Made by a program: the position numbers and the translations under genes. A stretch of 64,000 nucleotides of DNA from Anaeramoeba ignava BMAN (taxonomy: Eukaryota > Protista > Anaeramoebae): positions 62,001 through 126,000 of the forward strand of contig JAPDFW010000094.1 of the NCBI GenBank assembly GCA_028826165.1. Reading direction: 5' to 3'. The notes under the pieces were generated by a model. The model ran no database searches and had not been told where the DNA came from. It worked only from the letters and a program-made list of their open reading frames with translations. Of the stretch, positions 11,888 through 25,118 are shown in pieces. The number at the start of each line of letters is the position of its first letter. Position 1 is the first letter of the stretch.

Positions 11888-14800
11888 TTAAATTTTAATT
11901 TGAAATAATTCTGAAAGAAGTTTTCTTGAATTTAAAACTGCAAAATGTGAATTAACTTTTTCTGATATTGAAGTAAAAATTGGAATTTGAATTGGATCAG
12001 AATTTAGAAATTCATTTTGAATATAAATTTTTGAACATTGAACAAGAAGAAGCCAAACACAATCTGGATCAATAGAATTCATTAATTGAACAATTTTGGA
12101 AAAATGATGATAAAGTTGAGATCGATTTGGAAGATTTAAATAAACAGAAATCATTTCAAAAAAAATAAAAACATAATTAGCTAAATTTTCTTGTTGAAAT
12201 TCAAATAAATGCTCAATAAATTCAAGAATTTTTTGTTGAATTCGATAACTAGAAGTATTTTGTTGGAAAGAAGTTTCTTCTCTTTTTTGAAGTGTTGAGT
12301 TTTCTCGATTAATTATTAAATTGAATTGAGGAAAAAGATCCTTTTCAAATCTTGTTTGAACAAAATCAGCAGAACCATTAAAAAATTCTAGAAAAACATC
12401 TAAAATGTATTGAGAAAGAATATTGTCATAATCTTTAAATCTTGAAATTAAAGGTTCCCAAAGTTTATTAATTAATGGGAGTAAAACATCTTCTGAATGA
12501 AATAATTTTTTGATTCCCGTTTTGATAATTTTTAATACTAAAACTTTATCTGAAAGGTTTGGAGTTGAAATGAAGTGTTGAATTTTGATTAATATTTTAT
12601 TTATAATTGCGATACTTTTTTCATTTGAATTTTCTTTTTGATCTTTTTGATTTTTTTGGAATACTGATTTAAGTTGACCTGGATTATTTGGAATTGAAAG
12701 ATTTTCATTTTCATTTTCATTTTCATTTTCATTTAAATTTTCATTTTGTTTTAAATTTTGATCAACTTGAATACTTTCAACAATTACTAATAAAATTTTA
12801 TGAAAAGCTTGTGAATATTCTTCATGATAATAATCAAGTCCTTGAAAAACTGAATCAATTGTATCATCAATAATTTCAGTTGAAATTGCGCCAGTTGTTT
12901 TTAAAACTCCTTTAAGAACTTGTGGTGTTTGTGGATGAAGATCTAAGAATTTCATATTATTGTTGATAATATCTACAAGATATAAAATATGATTTGAAAA
13001 TAAATCTTGAATATTTGAAAATGAAGAAGCTTGGCAAATTTGTTTTAATGCTTTTTCTGCTGTATAACTAACTAAAATATTTGTTGATCCATATTTTTCT
13101 AAAATTTGGAAAAGACACATTTCAATTAGATTTAATTCTATTGCTTTTTTTTGTAATATTTCAAAAAATTGTGCAATTCCTTCTAAAACTAAAGTTACAA
13201 TTATTCCATTTTCAACATAAGATTCTGTCCAAATGTTTTGATTTTGATTTTCATTTTCATTTTCATTTTCATTTTCATTTTCATTTAAATTTTCATTTAA
13301 ATTTTCAAATTGATTTGGTTTAACTAATGCATCATTAATATCACAAATTAAATGATCCCAAAAATCATGTTCAAAATAATCATTAAAAATCATTTGGATA
13401 TAATTAGTTAATAATTTTTCATCTTTTAAAGGAAAAGAAGCTTTTTGTTGTTTTTTTTTTTGAAAATTTAAATTAAATTTTAAATTATTTATAAATTAAT
13501 TTTTGAATTTAATTATTTACAGTATCCTTTAATAATTTCATTCAAAATCTAAAATTGATTGTTTAAGTGTATTTTTTTCTTCTAAATTTCTAACTGGTGT
13601 AATAAAATAATCAATCAAATTTGATAAATTTCTACAATATCCCAATTTTTGACAAATTAACTGAATAATCTTGAAAATTTCCAAATCATAAAAATGAAGA
13701 AATCTTTTATTTTCTCTTTCGGGATCAATAATTTTAGGTTCTTTTGTATCAAATTCAAGTGCCATAAATAAAACCAAACCGAATGAATCAAGAATTTTGG
13801 AATTAATATAAAAATCATTATTATTTGTAAGACAATCAACATATCCCAAGAGAAGTTTAAATTGGAATAATTTTAAATCATCTTTTGGTTGATGAATAAT
13901 ATTTGGAAGAATTTCTATTAAATCTGTTAAATTAGAAATGAGGATATCTTGTTTCATTTCAAAAGATGAAATGAATTCTCTACATTTTTGTGAAACTTGT
14001 GGGAATTCATCATATAAATGTGCAATGAAAACATTATATAGAATTGGAATTAAAAAAGTAGCTTTTTCTATTATTTTTGGGTTTTTGATAATATTGTAAG
14101 CTGATTCAAGAACCTGAATTCTTGTTTTCCAATGAGGGAATTGTCTATTGAATATTTTTTCTGAGATATTTTTGAGTCTTTTTGAAGTTTCCGAAAGCCA
14201 AGATGAATTTCTAGAAATAATTAATTTTTGATTTTGAATTTGATTTTGATTTTGAATTTGAATTTGAATAATATTTTCATTTTCATTTTGAATTTGATTT
14301 TGAATAATATTTTGATTTTGAATAATATTTTTATTTTTATTTTGAATAATATTTTCATTTTCATTTTGAATAATATTTTCATTTTCATTTTGAATTTGAT
14401 TTTGATTTTGATTTTGATTTTTGATTTTGATTTTGAATAATATTTTCATTTTGAATAATATTTTCATTTTCATTTTGAATAATATTTTCATTTTCATTTT
14501 GAATAATATTTTCATTTTGATTTTGATTTTGATTTTGATTTTGATTTTGATTTTGATTTTGATTTTGATTAATATTTTCATTTTCATTTTCAATTTGATT
14601 TTGAATAATATTTTGATTTTGAATAATATTTTGATTTTGAATAATATTTTCATTTTGAATAATATTTTCATTTTCATTTTGAATAATATTTTGATTTTGA
14701 TTTTGAATTTGATTTTTATTTTGAATAATATTTTCATTTTGATTTTGAATAATATTTTCATTTTCAATTTGAATATTTTGATTGAAATCATTAAAATTTT

Positions 14801-15626
14801 CTAAATTATTAAAATTATTTGAATTATTAAAATTATTTGAATTATTAAAATTATTTGAATTGTTAAAATTATTTGAATTATTTGAATTTTCGGTTAATGA
14901 TTCAATTCCACTAAAAACACAAATTAATAATGTAGAAAAAGTTTCTAAAGCTGCAGAAATAACTTGATTCCCTTGACGAAAATTATCATATGAAATGACT
15001 TGATGTAATGCTAATGTTATTCCTGGAAGAAAATAAGCCCAAACATCCCCAAAAAAAATTAATCTAATAAGTTTTGAGAGAATATTGCAAGTTATAATTT
15101 TTAATTTCTTCAATTTTTCATTTTTCAAAATTTCTAATAAAAGATAAACAATATAACCAAGTAATTTCATTTGATCTTCAACTTGAAAAATTTCAAATTC
15201 TTTAATATCATTTTGTGAACAATTTTCTAATAAACTTTGAAAGGAAATCAAAGCAAATAATTTTGTGTTTTCAATCCATCTTTTTTTTGATAAAAAATTT
15301 GCAAATTTATGGAATTGAGTAATTAAAGTTGGATAAATTGAAATTGAAGAAGTTTTTTGATAAATAATATTAATGATTTGTAATGATTTATCAATAATTT
15401 CTGTTGGAATTAATTTATTTTCAGAATCCAAATCATTTAAAGCAATCCAAAGAGGAAATACAAGATAATTAAAAGATTTTAACATTGTAAATGAAGAAAT
15501 ATTTGAATTTAAAATGATATTATAAAGTTGATTAAAATGTTGAATATTTAAAGTTGAATCAAAACTATTAACAATAGAAACACAAATTGGTTTAATTTTT
15601 TTAAAGAAATCAAGAGGAGAATCCAT
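11888..15626 (-). CDS. TTI1: TELO2-interacting protein 1 (TTT complex) HEAT-repeat protein; two apparent frameshifts (~14420, ~13550), intron 13441-13520
   Basis: FFKKIKPICV N-terminus, AYFLPGITLAL, RNSSWLSETSKRL..HWKTR, LLPLINKLWEPLISRF resemble TTI1 blocks. Confidence 0.75.
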
Positions 15627-15730
15627 TTTATTATCAAAAACGAAAAAAAATGAAAAAAATGAAAAAAAATTTATTTTTAATTTTTAAAAAAATTATTTTT
15701 TAATTTTCATTTTTTTTTTAATTTTAAAAA

Positions 15731-17567
15731 ATGGAAGATAAAATAGATCCAAAAATAAAAGAAAGAATCCAAAGTATTTTCAATAAAATTGAGAAAGAGC
15801 ATGATGTTACAGTGATTTTTGCAGTTGAATGTGGAAGTCGAGGATGGGGATTTGATAGTCCAGAAAGTGATTACGATGTGAAATTTGTTTATGTTCATAA
15901 TTCGTTAAGTTGGTACATTTCAATTAGCTCAACCAAAAAAGACTCAATTTCATATGAATCCGAAGATCGGCTCATGGATTTCGAAGGATGGGATATCCGC
16001 AAAGCTCTCAATTTATTGAGTAATTCAAACCCTTCTATTATTGAATGGATTCTAACTGATTATACTTATATTGATAAATTTCAGTTTCAATCAAATTGTC
16101 GTCAAATTATTCTCAAAATGAAAAGTACTATTCCTTTGATTTGGCATTATTATAGTATGGCTTTGAAAAATCAAAAGGAATTTTTGATTTCTAAAAAAGA
16201 AATTAATGTTAAAAATTATTTGAATATTATTCGACCTATTGTAAGTATTTTTTTAAATGAAATTAAATATAAAATTATAATTAAAATTGAAATCAAAATT
16301 AAAATTTAAAATTAAAATTAAAATTAAAATTAAAATTAAAATTTAAAATTAAAATTAAAATTAACCAAAATTAAAATTAAAATTAAAAATTAAAATTAAA
16401 ATTAAAATTAAAATTAAAATTAAAATTAAAATTAAAATTAAAATTAAAATTAAAATTGAAATCAAAATTAAAATTAAAATTAATATTAAAATTAAATTTA
16501 AAATTAAAATTAAAATTAAAATTAAAATTAAAATTAAAATTAAAATTAAAAAATTTAATAAATTTTAAAATTAAAATTTAAAATTCAAAATTAAAATTCA
16601 AAATTAAAATTAAAATTAAAATTAAAATTAAAATTAAAATTAAAATTAAAATTAAAATTAAAATTAAAAATTAAAATTAAAATTAAAATTAAAATTAAAA
16701 TTAAAATTAAAATTAAAATTAAAATTAAAATTAAAATTAAAATTAAAACTAAAATTGAAATTAAAATTAAAATTAAAACTAAAATTCATTTATAAAATTA
16801 AAATCAAAATTAAAATTAAAACTAAAATTCATTTATAAAATTAAAATCAAAATTAAAATTCATTTATAAAATTGTTTTAGACACATTTATTATGGTTTCT
16901 AAGTCATGATTCTTGCGTTTATCCACTTCAATACACATCCTTACTTTCAGAAGTACCATCAATACCTGAAGAATTAAAAAAATCTATTGAAGAATTAATA
17001 AAAATCAAGAAAACAAAAGGAAAAACAAATATTGAACCAATAATAATTATTGACGAATGGATTAACAAAAGTTTAAGAACTTGGGAACAAAAATCACAAT
17101 CAGAAGAAGCAACAACAAAGCAATCATGCGCAGGATCATTTCAAAGATTACTTAGACAAAAAGGATTAAGAGATTGTTTGACATTTCTTTGGCTTTTTCA
17201 AAATGAAGAAATTTTATCAAATGTTCCTTATAAATTGGAATCAATACTTGAAGGCATTAAAGAAATTGATCCCCAAATTCTTAATCAAATTAAAGATTTG
17301 ATTTCTCAAGGAAAAGGTGAAGATCCTCAAGATATTCCAAATTTAAGTCCGTTACATAAATGGATTCTTTCTATTATTAATCAATATAAAGAAACTATTA
17401 ATCAATTTAATAAAGATATTCGTACTCAAAGAAAAGATCGTAAATCAAAAGAAAAGGAAAAATCTGCTTTGTCTCTTAATCTTTTTGATGATATTTTGTT
17501 TGATATTGTCAAATTGATTGATGATAAAAAGAATTTAGAAACTAAATCAAATCAAGACCAAAACTAA
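15731..17567 (+). CDS. Pol-beta superfamily nucleotidyltransferase, RlaP/YcgL (PF10127-like); intron 16241-16880
   Basis: AVECGSRGWGFDSPESDYDVKFVY, DFEGWDIRKALNLLSNSNPSIIEW, HYYSMA, KNYLNIIRP. Exon 2 is in frame with ORF 17178-17567. Confidence 0.85.
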
Positions 17568-17569
17568 AT

Positions 17570-18326
17570 CAAAATTCATTTAAAATTCATTTAAAATTCA
17601 ATATCAAATTAAAATTCAATATCAAATTAAAATTCATTTTAAAATTCATTTTAAAATTCAAATTAAACATCAAATTCAAATATCAAATTAAACATCAAAT
17701 TAAATATCAAATTTAAATATCAAATTAAATATCAAATTAAATATCAAATTCAATATCAAATTCAATATCAAATTAAATATCAAATTAAATATCAAATTAA
17801 ATATCAAATTAAATATCAAATTAAATATCAAATTCAAATTAAATATCAAATTAAATATCAAATTCAATATCAAATTAAATATCAAATTAAATATCAAATT
17901 AAATATCAAATTCAAATTAAATATCAAATTAAATATCAAATTCAAATTAAATATCAAATTAAATATCAAATTCAAATATCAAATTCAATATCAAATTCAA
18001 ATTAAATATCAAATTAAATATCAAATTAAACATCAAATTCAAATATCAAATTCATTTAAAATTCAATATCAAATTCAAATCAAATTAAATATGAAATTCA
18101 TTTAAAATTCAATATCAAATTCATTTAAAATTCAATATCAAATTCAAATCAAATTAAATATCAAGTTCAATATCAAATTAAATATCAAATTAAATATCAA
18201 ATTAAATATCAAATTAAATATCAAATTCAAATTAAATATCAAAATCAATATCAATATCAAATTAATATCAAAATTAAATATCAAATTAAATATCAAATTA
18301 AATATCAAATTAAATATCAAATTCAT
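17570..18326. repeat. Intergenic microsatellite (CAAATTAAATAT)n
   Basis: Degenerate 12-mer tandem array visible directly. Confidence 0.85.
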
Positions 18327-20050
18327 TTCTTTTTACAAGAATTAATAAAAGATTTAATTACTTTTAAACCAAATTAATCTATTCTTATTTTTTGAATTAA
18401 TTTGTCCACTTTTTCTTTTTGTTTTTGTTTTGGAATAAATTGATCTATTCTTATTTTTTGAATTAATTTGTCTACTTTTACTTTTTATTTTTATTTTTAT
18501 TTGGAATAAATTGATCTATTCTTATTTTTTGGATTAATTTGTCTACTTTTTATTTTTATTTTTATTTTTGTTTTTGTTTTTAATTGTTGATAAAATTGAG
18601 AAAGATGACGCAATTTAAAAAAAAATAAAATAAATAAAGAAATGACGTTTATTTTATTGTTTATTTTGTTATTTATTTATTTATTTGGATTTAAAAGAAA
18701 AAATTTTTATTTAAATTTTTTTTTTCATTTTTCAATTTTTTTTTTTAAAAATTATTTCTTTTGAAATTAATTTAAAATCTCTTTTTTTTTTTAGATAAAA
18801 CACACAAAAAACAAGGTTCTGTTCAGTTTGAAAAAGAAGTTCATTTCTCTTCTTTTTAATTAAGTCAAATTAAATTACAAACAAAATTACAAACTAAATT
18901 ACAAATTAAATTAAATTACAAATTAAAATTATAAATAAAAACTTTACAATGACAAATAATTTAAATTTCTTTCAACAAATACCTTTTTCATATCAATCAA
19001 TGCCAAACAATCTAACACAAACAACAAATCAATTACAAATATCAATGCCAAACAATTTAACACAAACAACAAATCAATTTCCAATATCAATGCCAACAAC
19101 TCCAACACAAATCATATTTATTCCAGTTCAATCACAAACAACATCAATGCCAACAACTCCAACAAAATTCAATACAGTTCGATCTCCATTAATGTCAAAC
19201 AATCCAACTCCAATACAAACTACAAATCAAGTTCAATCTCCATTTAAATCAACATCACCAAATTCAATTGGAACAAATACAAATCAATTATCGTTAGAAC
19301 AAATTTATCAAAAATTGGAAGAACATAAAAAATTAGATTCACATTTACTAGAAATAAATCAAGAAATTGAAAAAAAAAACCAAAAAAATTTTAGCAAACC
19401 ATTTCAAAAAAATTTTAGGAAACCAAAGCCTATAAGAAGAGATACACGTAATAAAACTTATTTTGGACCAAATGCTCGAAATCGAAAAGGATATTTTTCA
19501 GATAGAAAACCAAATTCTCGTCGCAATTATTCTTTAGGAAGACATGTTTGGAAATATCCTCCAAATAAACATCAAAATTTCAACAAAAATTTCAACAAAA
19601 ATTTCCATTCAAATTTCAAAAACAATAATAACAATAATAATTATTATAATAATTTTGTTGATTCTCAAACAAGAAAACCTTTTAATAAAAGATTTAGCAA
19701 TAGAAAAGCATTTAGTGATCATAATCCTTTATCAGATGAATTAAGTCCAATTTCCAATTCATATTCATATTCAAGTTCAAGTTCCGATTCAAATTCAAAT
19801 TCTGATTCAAATTCAAAACAAAATTCAAAACCAAAACAAAATTCAAAATCAAAACAAAATTCAAAACCAAAACAAAATTCAAAACCAAAACAAAATTCAA
19901 ATTCAAAACCAAAACAAAATAAAAAAGAAAATTATTCTCTTACTAAGGATTATCATTCTAATAAAACAATTAATTTAGAAAATCAAGTTTTTCCAAACAA
20001 AACATTTCAAGAATTATTTATCAATCAAACTGAAAATCAAAATCAAAATC
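18327..20050 (+). repeat. Inverted-repeat copy A (~1.7 kb: conserved terminus, subterminal tandem repeats, promoter and 5' CDS)
   Basis: Matches the reverse complement of ~25930-27591, near-identical from ~18655 apart from one divergent patch. Both start ATTTCTTTTTACAAGAATTAAT. Confidence 0.9.
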
Positions 20051-20322
20051 AAAATCAAAATCAAAACCAAAACCAAAACCAAAACCAAAATCAAAACCAA
20101 AACCAAAAGAAAAAGAAAAGAAATAATCGCAATCGTCATTCAAATCAAAATCATCATTCAAATCAAAATCAAAATCAAAATCAAAATCAAAACCAAAAGA
20201 AAAACCAAAAGAAAAATGATTTCCAAATTTCTCATTTTAGTGATAATGAAAAAAACGTTCCAACAGGCTTTAGTTATACAGATTATTTCAGCCCAAACAC
20301 TCAAACTCATCAAAAGAAATGA
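18949..20322 (+). CDS. Hypothetical low-complexity protein (T/P/Q-rich, basic, S- and NQ-rich); paralogue of 25119-26966 lacking TLDc
   Basis: Intact 457-aa ORF; first ~145 aa and a later block are nearly identical to the paralogue. Confidence 0.65.
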   Translation: MTNNLNFFQQIPFSYQSMPNNLTQTTNQLQISMPNNLTQTTNQFPISMPTTPTQIIFIPVQSQTTSMPTTPTKFNTVRSPLMSNNPTPIQTTNQVQSPFKSTSPNSIGTNTNQLSLEQIYQKLEEHKKLDSHLLEINQEIEKKNQKNFSKPFQKNFRKPKPIRRDTRNKTYFGPNARNRKGYFSDRKPNSRRNYSLGRHVWKYPPNKHQNFNKNFNKNFHSNFKNNNNNNNYYNNFVDSQTRKPFNKRFSNRKAFSDHNPLSDELSPISNSYSYSSSSSDSNSNSDSNSKQNSKPKQNSKSKQNSKPKQNSKPKQNSNSKPKQNKKENYSLTKDYHSNKTINLENQVFPNKTFQELFINQTENQNQNQNQNQNQNQNQNQNQNQNQKKKKRNNRNRHSNQNHHSNQNQNQNQNQNQKKNQKKNDFQISHFSDNEKNVPTGFSYTDYFSPNTQTHQKK

Positions 20323-20854
20323 ACCAAGTTTATCTTGGATTTCATTTTAATTTTTTTTCGAGTCAAATTTCAATTTCCAATTCAATTTCCAATTCAATTT
20401 CCAATTCAAATTCAAATTCAAATTCAAATTCAAATCAAAATCATTTTGATTCAGAAAATTGATAATTTTTTCACTGGTTTATTTCTCATTCCTTTTTAAT
20501 TTACAACAAAGAAAAAAAAAACTTATTTTCTTTATTCTTTATATTTGTTCTTTATTATTTGTTCTTATTGTTTTTATATTTGAATCAATTTTATTTCAAA
20601 TTTTTTTTTTAGATTCAAAACATTCAAAACAAAAAAGAAACAAAGAAACAAAGAAACAAAGAAACAAGTTGTAAAAAGAAAAGGAAGAAAAAAGAATTAA
20701 TTTTTTGTATTAAATTGATTTGATTTGATTTGAATTGAATTGAATTGATTTTTCTTGATTTTTTTTTTCATCAACAACAAAATAATAAAACTCGAAAAAA
20801 AAGGAAAATAATTTTTATTTTTGGATTTTAATTTGATTTGAATTTTAATTTGAA

Positions 20855-23059
20855 TCATTTATCAGAAACAGATTGACTAGTTAAACTTGATAATAATTCA
20901 TCATATTTTTTATCCAAAATCAAATTAGAAAGACCATAATAATCACTCAAACCAAGAAGTTCCTTTGCAATATTGATATCAGTAATATGATTAGTTTCAC
21001 CAGTATAAATAAAGTAAATAAACTGTTTCAAAGCATCAAAACTAACGCCACTATAATCAGGAGCAGATTTTGAATCATCAGTAACAGAACCAAGCATTCC
21101 GCGATATAATTCGCTTCTTGCAGCCATAATAACAGCATGAACTCTGATTTCCTTCCTAGTTTGATCGGGCGAAATATGATAAATAGTGAAATCTTTTTTG
21201 GAATCATCATTGTATAATCTCACCATATCTTCAATTAAAGTATTTCGAGATTCTTTTTCATCAATTAAATCAACAAATTCTTTCAACTCCAAATTGACAG
21301 CTAATTCTCTTATTGTTTTCACGTCTGACTCAAGAATATCAAGACAAGTGCCTGTGTAGAAATACAGCAACAACGCACGAATCACAGTCGATTTTTTTGT
21401 GTAGCAATGGTCGCTGATCACTTTCAACGACTTCGAACAACGAGCTTGAAGAATCAAACTATGAACATGAAAAATATTTCCATCAAAATTTTCAAAAGAA
21501 AAATCAGTCAAAAATTTCGAATCCAAAAAATTTCGCATGTCTTGAAGAAATTCCGATTCGAATTTGAGTGAGTAGAAATCAGAGAGTCTTTTCCATTCGA
21601 AGCTCTCTCGATAAGCGCCGCCGAAAACAAACATCTGCAAGTTCTGGTGATCGATCAAAGCGGTATGAAATCCTCTTGGAGGAATGGTTCCTTCAGGTTT
21701 GATCATCCGCCAGATCCCTGTAGTGAAGTTGTATATCCACACTTCCGTTCCGTTATCTGCTCCTCCGAAAAGTATCATCTGGTTTTCATGTGCACAGCAT
21801 GTATGTCCATATCGTTGTCCAGGGTTTTTTTGAGAAAATGTTTCCACTTTTTTCCATTGTTTTTTTATTAAGTCATAATAATATAAATCGTTATTTCCAC
21901 TGTATGTTAATCCTCCGTAAATCCAGGCTTTGTTATCGTAAAAGACAAGTGAACTAGATGATCTTGCACTTGGTATTTCCCCGTTTTGTGGTTCTCTTCC
22001 CCATTTATATGTGTTGAGATCAATGAATGATAATTCATTTGTTCTTTTTCCTGCATAATTATCTCCTATTTTATTTATAATTTTTTATCCGATTTTATAA
22101 ATTTGATTTTAATTTTAATTTTATAAATGAATTTTAATTTTAAATTTAATTTTAATTTTAATTTTAATTTTTATTATAATTTTAATTTTAATTTTAATTT
22201 TAATTTTAATTTTAATTTTAATTTTATAAATGAATTTTAATTTTAATTTTAATTTTTATTATAATTTTAATTTTAATTTTAATTTTAATTTTAATTTTAA
22301 TTTTTTATCCGATTTTATAAATGAATTTTAATTTTAATTTTAATTTTGATTTTAATTTTAATTTTTTATCCGATTTTATAAATGAATTTTAATTTTATAT
22401 TTGATTTTAACTTTGATTTTAATTTTGATTTTAATTTTGATTTTAATTTTTTATCCGATTTTATAAATGAATTTTAATTTTAATTTTAATTTTAATTTTA
22501 TAAATGAATTTTAATTTTAATTTTAATTTTAATTTTGATTTTAATTTTTAATTTTAATTTTAATTTTAATTTTAATTTTAATTTTAATTTTAATTTTAAT
22601 TTTAATTTTAATTTTAATTATAATTTTAATTATAAATGAATTTAAATTGAAAAAATTACCACCAAAAATATACAATTTATCATCATATAAACCGAAGTTA
22701 TTTCTACTAGTTCCATCGTGAGGAGTTCCATAAGTAGGAATTTTTTGCCAGAAATGAGAATTCAAATCAAAAGAATAAAAATCTTTACAAACATCACCAT
22801 CATAACCTCCATAAACAAATAATTTATTATAACGAATAGCACAACTAGATGTGCTTCGAGGAGTTGGCTTTTCTCCTTCAGCTGGAAGTTCTGTCCATGT
22901 GTTTGTTGATATTGAATATGCATTTACTTGATTAAATCTTTCTCTTTTATCATCAACTCCTCCAAAAAGTAATATTTGATTGTTGTGTAAAAATGATGCT
23001 ACATAACATCTTTCACATGGATTTTGATTTTGTGATTTGATTTCTTTCCACGAATACAT
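20855..23059 (-). CDS. Kelch-repeat + tandem BTB protein (LZTR1-like architecture); intron 22066-22659
   Basis: Kelch motifs (LLFGG, VYGGYDG, RYGHT, RGFHTA) followed by two BTB domains (FHVHSLILQAR, IRVHAVIMAARSE). Confidence 0.9.
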
Positions 23060-23120
23060 TTAATTTTATTATAAAAAAAATGAAAAAATGAAAAAATGAG
23101 AAAAATGAAAAAATGAAAAA

Positions 23121-24875
23121 TGGAAATAGATTTAATTTAATATTTAATTTATAAATTAATTTAAAAATATAAATTAATATTTAGTTTTATGTTTAAAATA
23201 ATAATTTAATGTTTTAGATTTAAATATTTTATTATTTAATTATTTAACATATAAATATAAAAAATAAGAATAGATTTAATTTAATATTTAATTTATAAAT
23301 TAATTTAAAAATATAATTTAATATTTAATTTTATGTTTAAAATAATAATTTAATGTTTTAGATTTAAATATTTTATTATTTAATTATTTAACATATAAAT
23401 ATAAAAAATAAGAATATATTTAATTTAATATTTAATTTAGAAATTAATTTAAAAATATAATTTAATATTTAATTTTATGTTTAAAATAATAATTTAATGT
23501 TTTAGATTTAAATATTTTATTATTTAATTATTTAACATATAAATATAAAAATAAGAATAGATTTAATTTAATATTTAATTTATAAATTAATTTAAAAATA
23601 TAATTTAATATTTAATTTTATTATTAAAATAATAATTTATTGTTTTAGATTTAAATATTTTATTATTTTAAATATTTAACATATAAAATATAAAAATAAG
23701 AATAGATTTAATTTAATATTTAATTTAGAAATTAATTTAAAAATATAATTTAATATTTAATTTTTATGTTTAAAATAATAATTTAATGTTTTAGATTTAA
23801 ATATTTTATTATTTAATTATTTAACATATAAATATAAAAATAAGAATATATTTAATTTAATATTTAATTTAGAAATTAATTTAAAAATATAATTTAATAT
23901 TTAATTTTATGTTTAAAATAATAATTTAATGTTTTAGATTTAAATATTTTTATTATTTAATTATTTAACATAAAAATATAAAAATAAAGAATAGGTTTAA
24001 TTTAATATTTAATTTATAAATTAATTTAAAAATATAATTTAATATTTAATTTTATGTTTAAAAATAATTTAATGTTTTAAATTTAAATATTTTATTATTT
24101 AAATATTTAACATATAAATATAAAAATGGAAATAGATTTAATTTAATATTTAATTTATAAATTAATTTAAAAATATAATTTAATATTTAGTTTTATGTTT
24201 AAAATAATAATTTAATGTTTTAAATTTAAATATTTTATTATTTAAATATTTAACATATAAATATAAAAATGAAAATAGTTTTAATTTAATATTTAATTTG
24301 GAAATTAATTTAAAAATATAATTTAATATTTAATTTTATGTTTAAAATAATAATTTATTGTTTTAAATTTAAATATTTTATTATTTAATTATAACATATA
24401 AATATAAAAATAAGAATAGATTTAATTTAATATTCAATTTATAAATTAATTTAAAAATATAATTTAATATTTAATTTTATGTTTAAAATAATAATTTAAT
24501 GTTTTAAATTTAAATATTTTTATTATTTAATTATTTAACATATAAATATAAAAATGAAAATAGATTTAATTTAATATTTAATTTATAAATTAATTTAAAA
24601 ATATAATTTAATATTTAATTTTATTATTAAAATAATAATTTATTGTTTTAAATTTAAATATTTTATTATTTAAATATTTAACATATAAATATAAAAATAA
24701 GAATAGATTTAATTTAATATTCAATTTATAAATTAATTTAAAAATATAATTTAATATTTAATTTTATTATTAAAATAATAATTTATTGTTTTAAATTTAA
24801 ATATTTTATTATTTAAATATTTAACATATAAATATAAAAAATAAGAATAGATTTAATTTAATATTTAATTTATAA
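23121..24875. repeat. Tandem satellite, ~143-bp unit, ~12 copies plus a partial
   Basis: Unit start AATAGATTTAATTTAATATTTAATTT recurs at about 23126, 23269, 23412, 23556, 23701, 23844, 23990, 24131, 24273, 24415, 24559, 24702 and 24846. Confidence 0.92.
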
Positions 24876-25118
24876 TCATTTCTATTTTATATATTTTATC
24901 AACTTTTCTTTATTTAAAACAATATAAAATTATTCTCAATAATTGAATTATTATTAATTTCTATTTTCAATTTTTTCTTTTTCTTTTTCTTAAATTTTAA
25001 AAATAGTTTTAGTTTAATTTAAAATGATTTAAAATTTGATTTTTTTCCTATTTATTGATTTGGAGAATTTAATTTGATTAAAAATCAAAGAAAATGGGAT
25101 TAAATTTCGATATTTTTT

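Noticed and set aside
13521-13531. GTATCCTTT, a perfect U12-type 5' splice site
   Set aside because: It is on the + strand, antisense to TTI1 coding sequence (K-G-Y). No intron I assembled has a U12 donor.
13549-13594. 46-nt GT-AG intron that would fix the TTI1 frame
   Set aside because: It would delete KQSI, which appears to match the conserved KQ...ILNE block. A single extra base is more parsimonious, though the intron is not excluded.
23121-24875. CRISPR-like array
   Set aside because: Whole units repeat with no unique spacers, there are no cas genes, and the context is eukaryotic.
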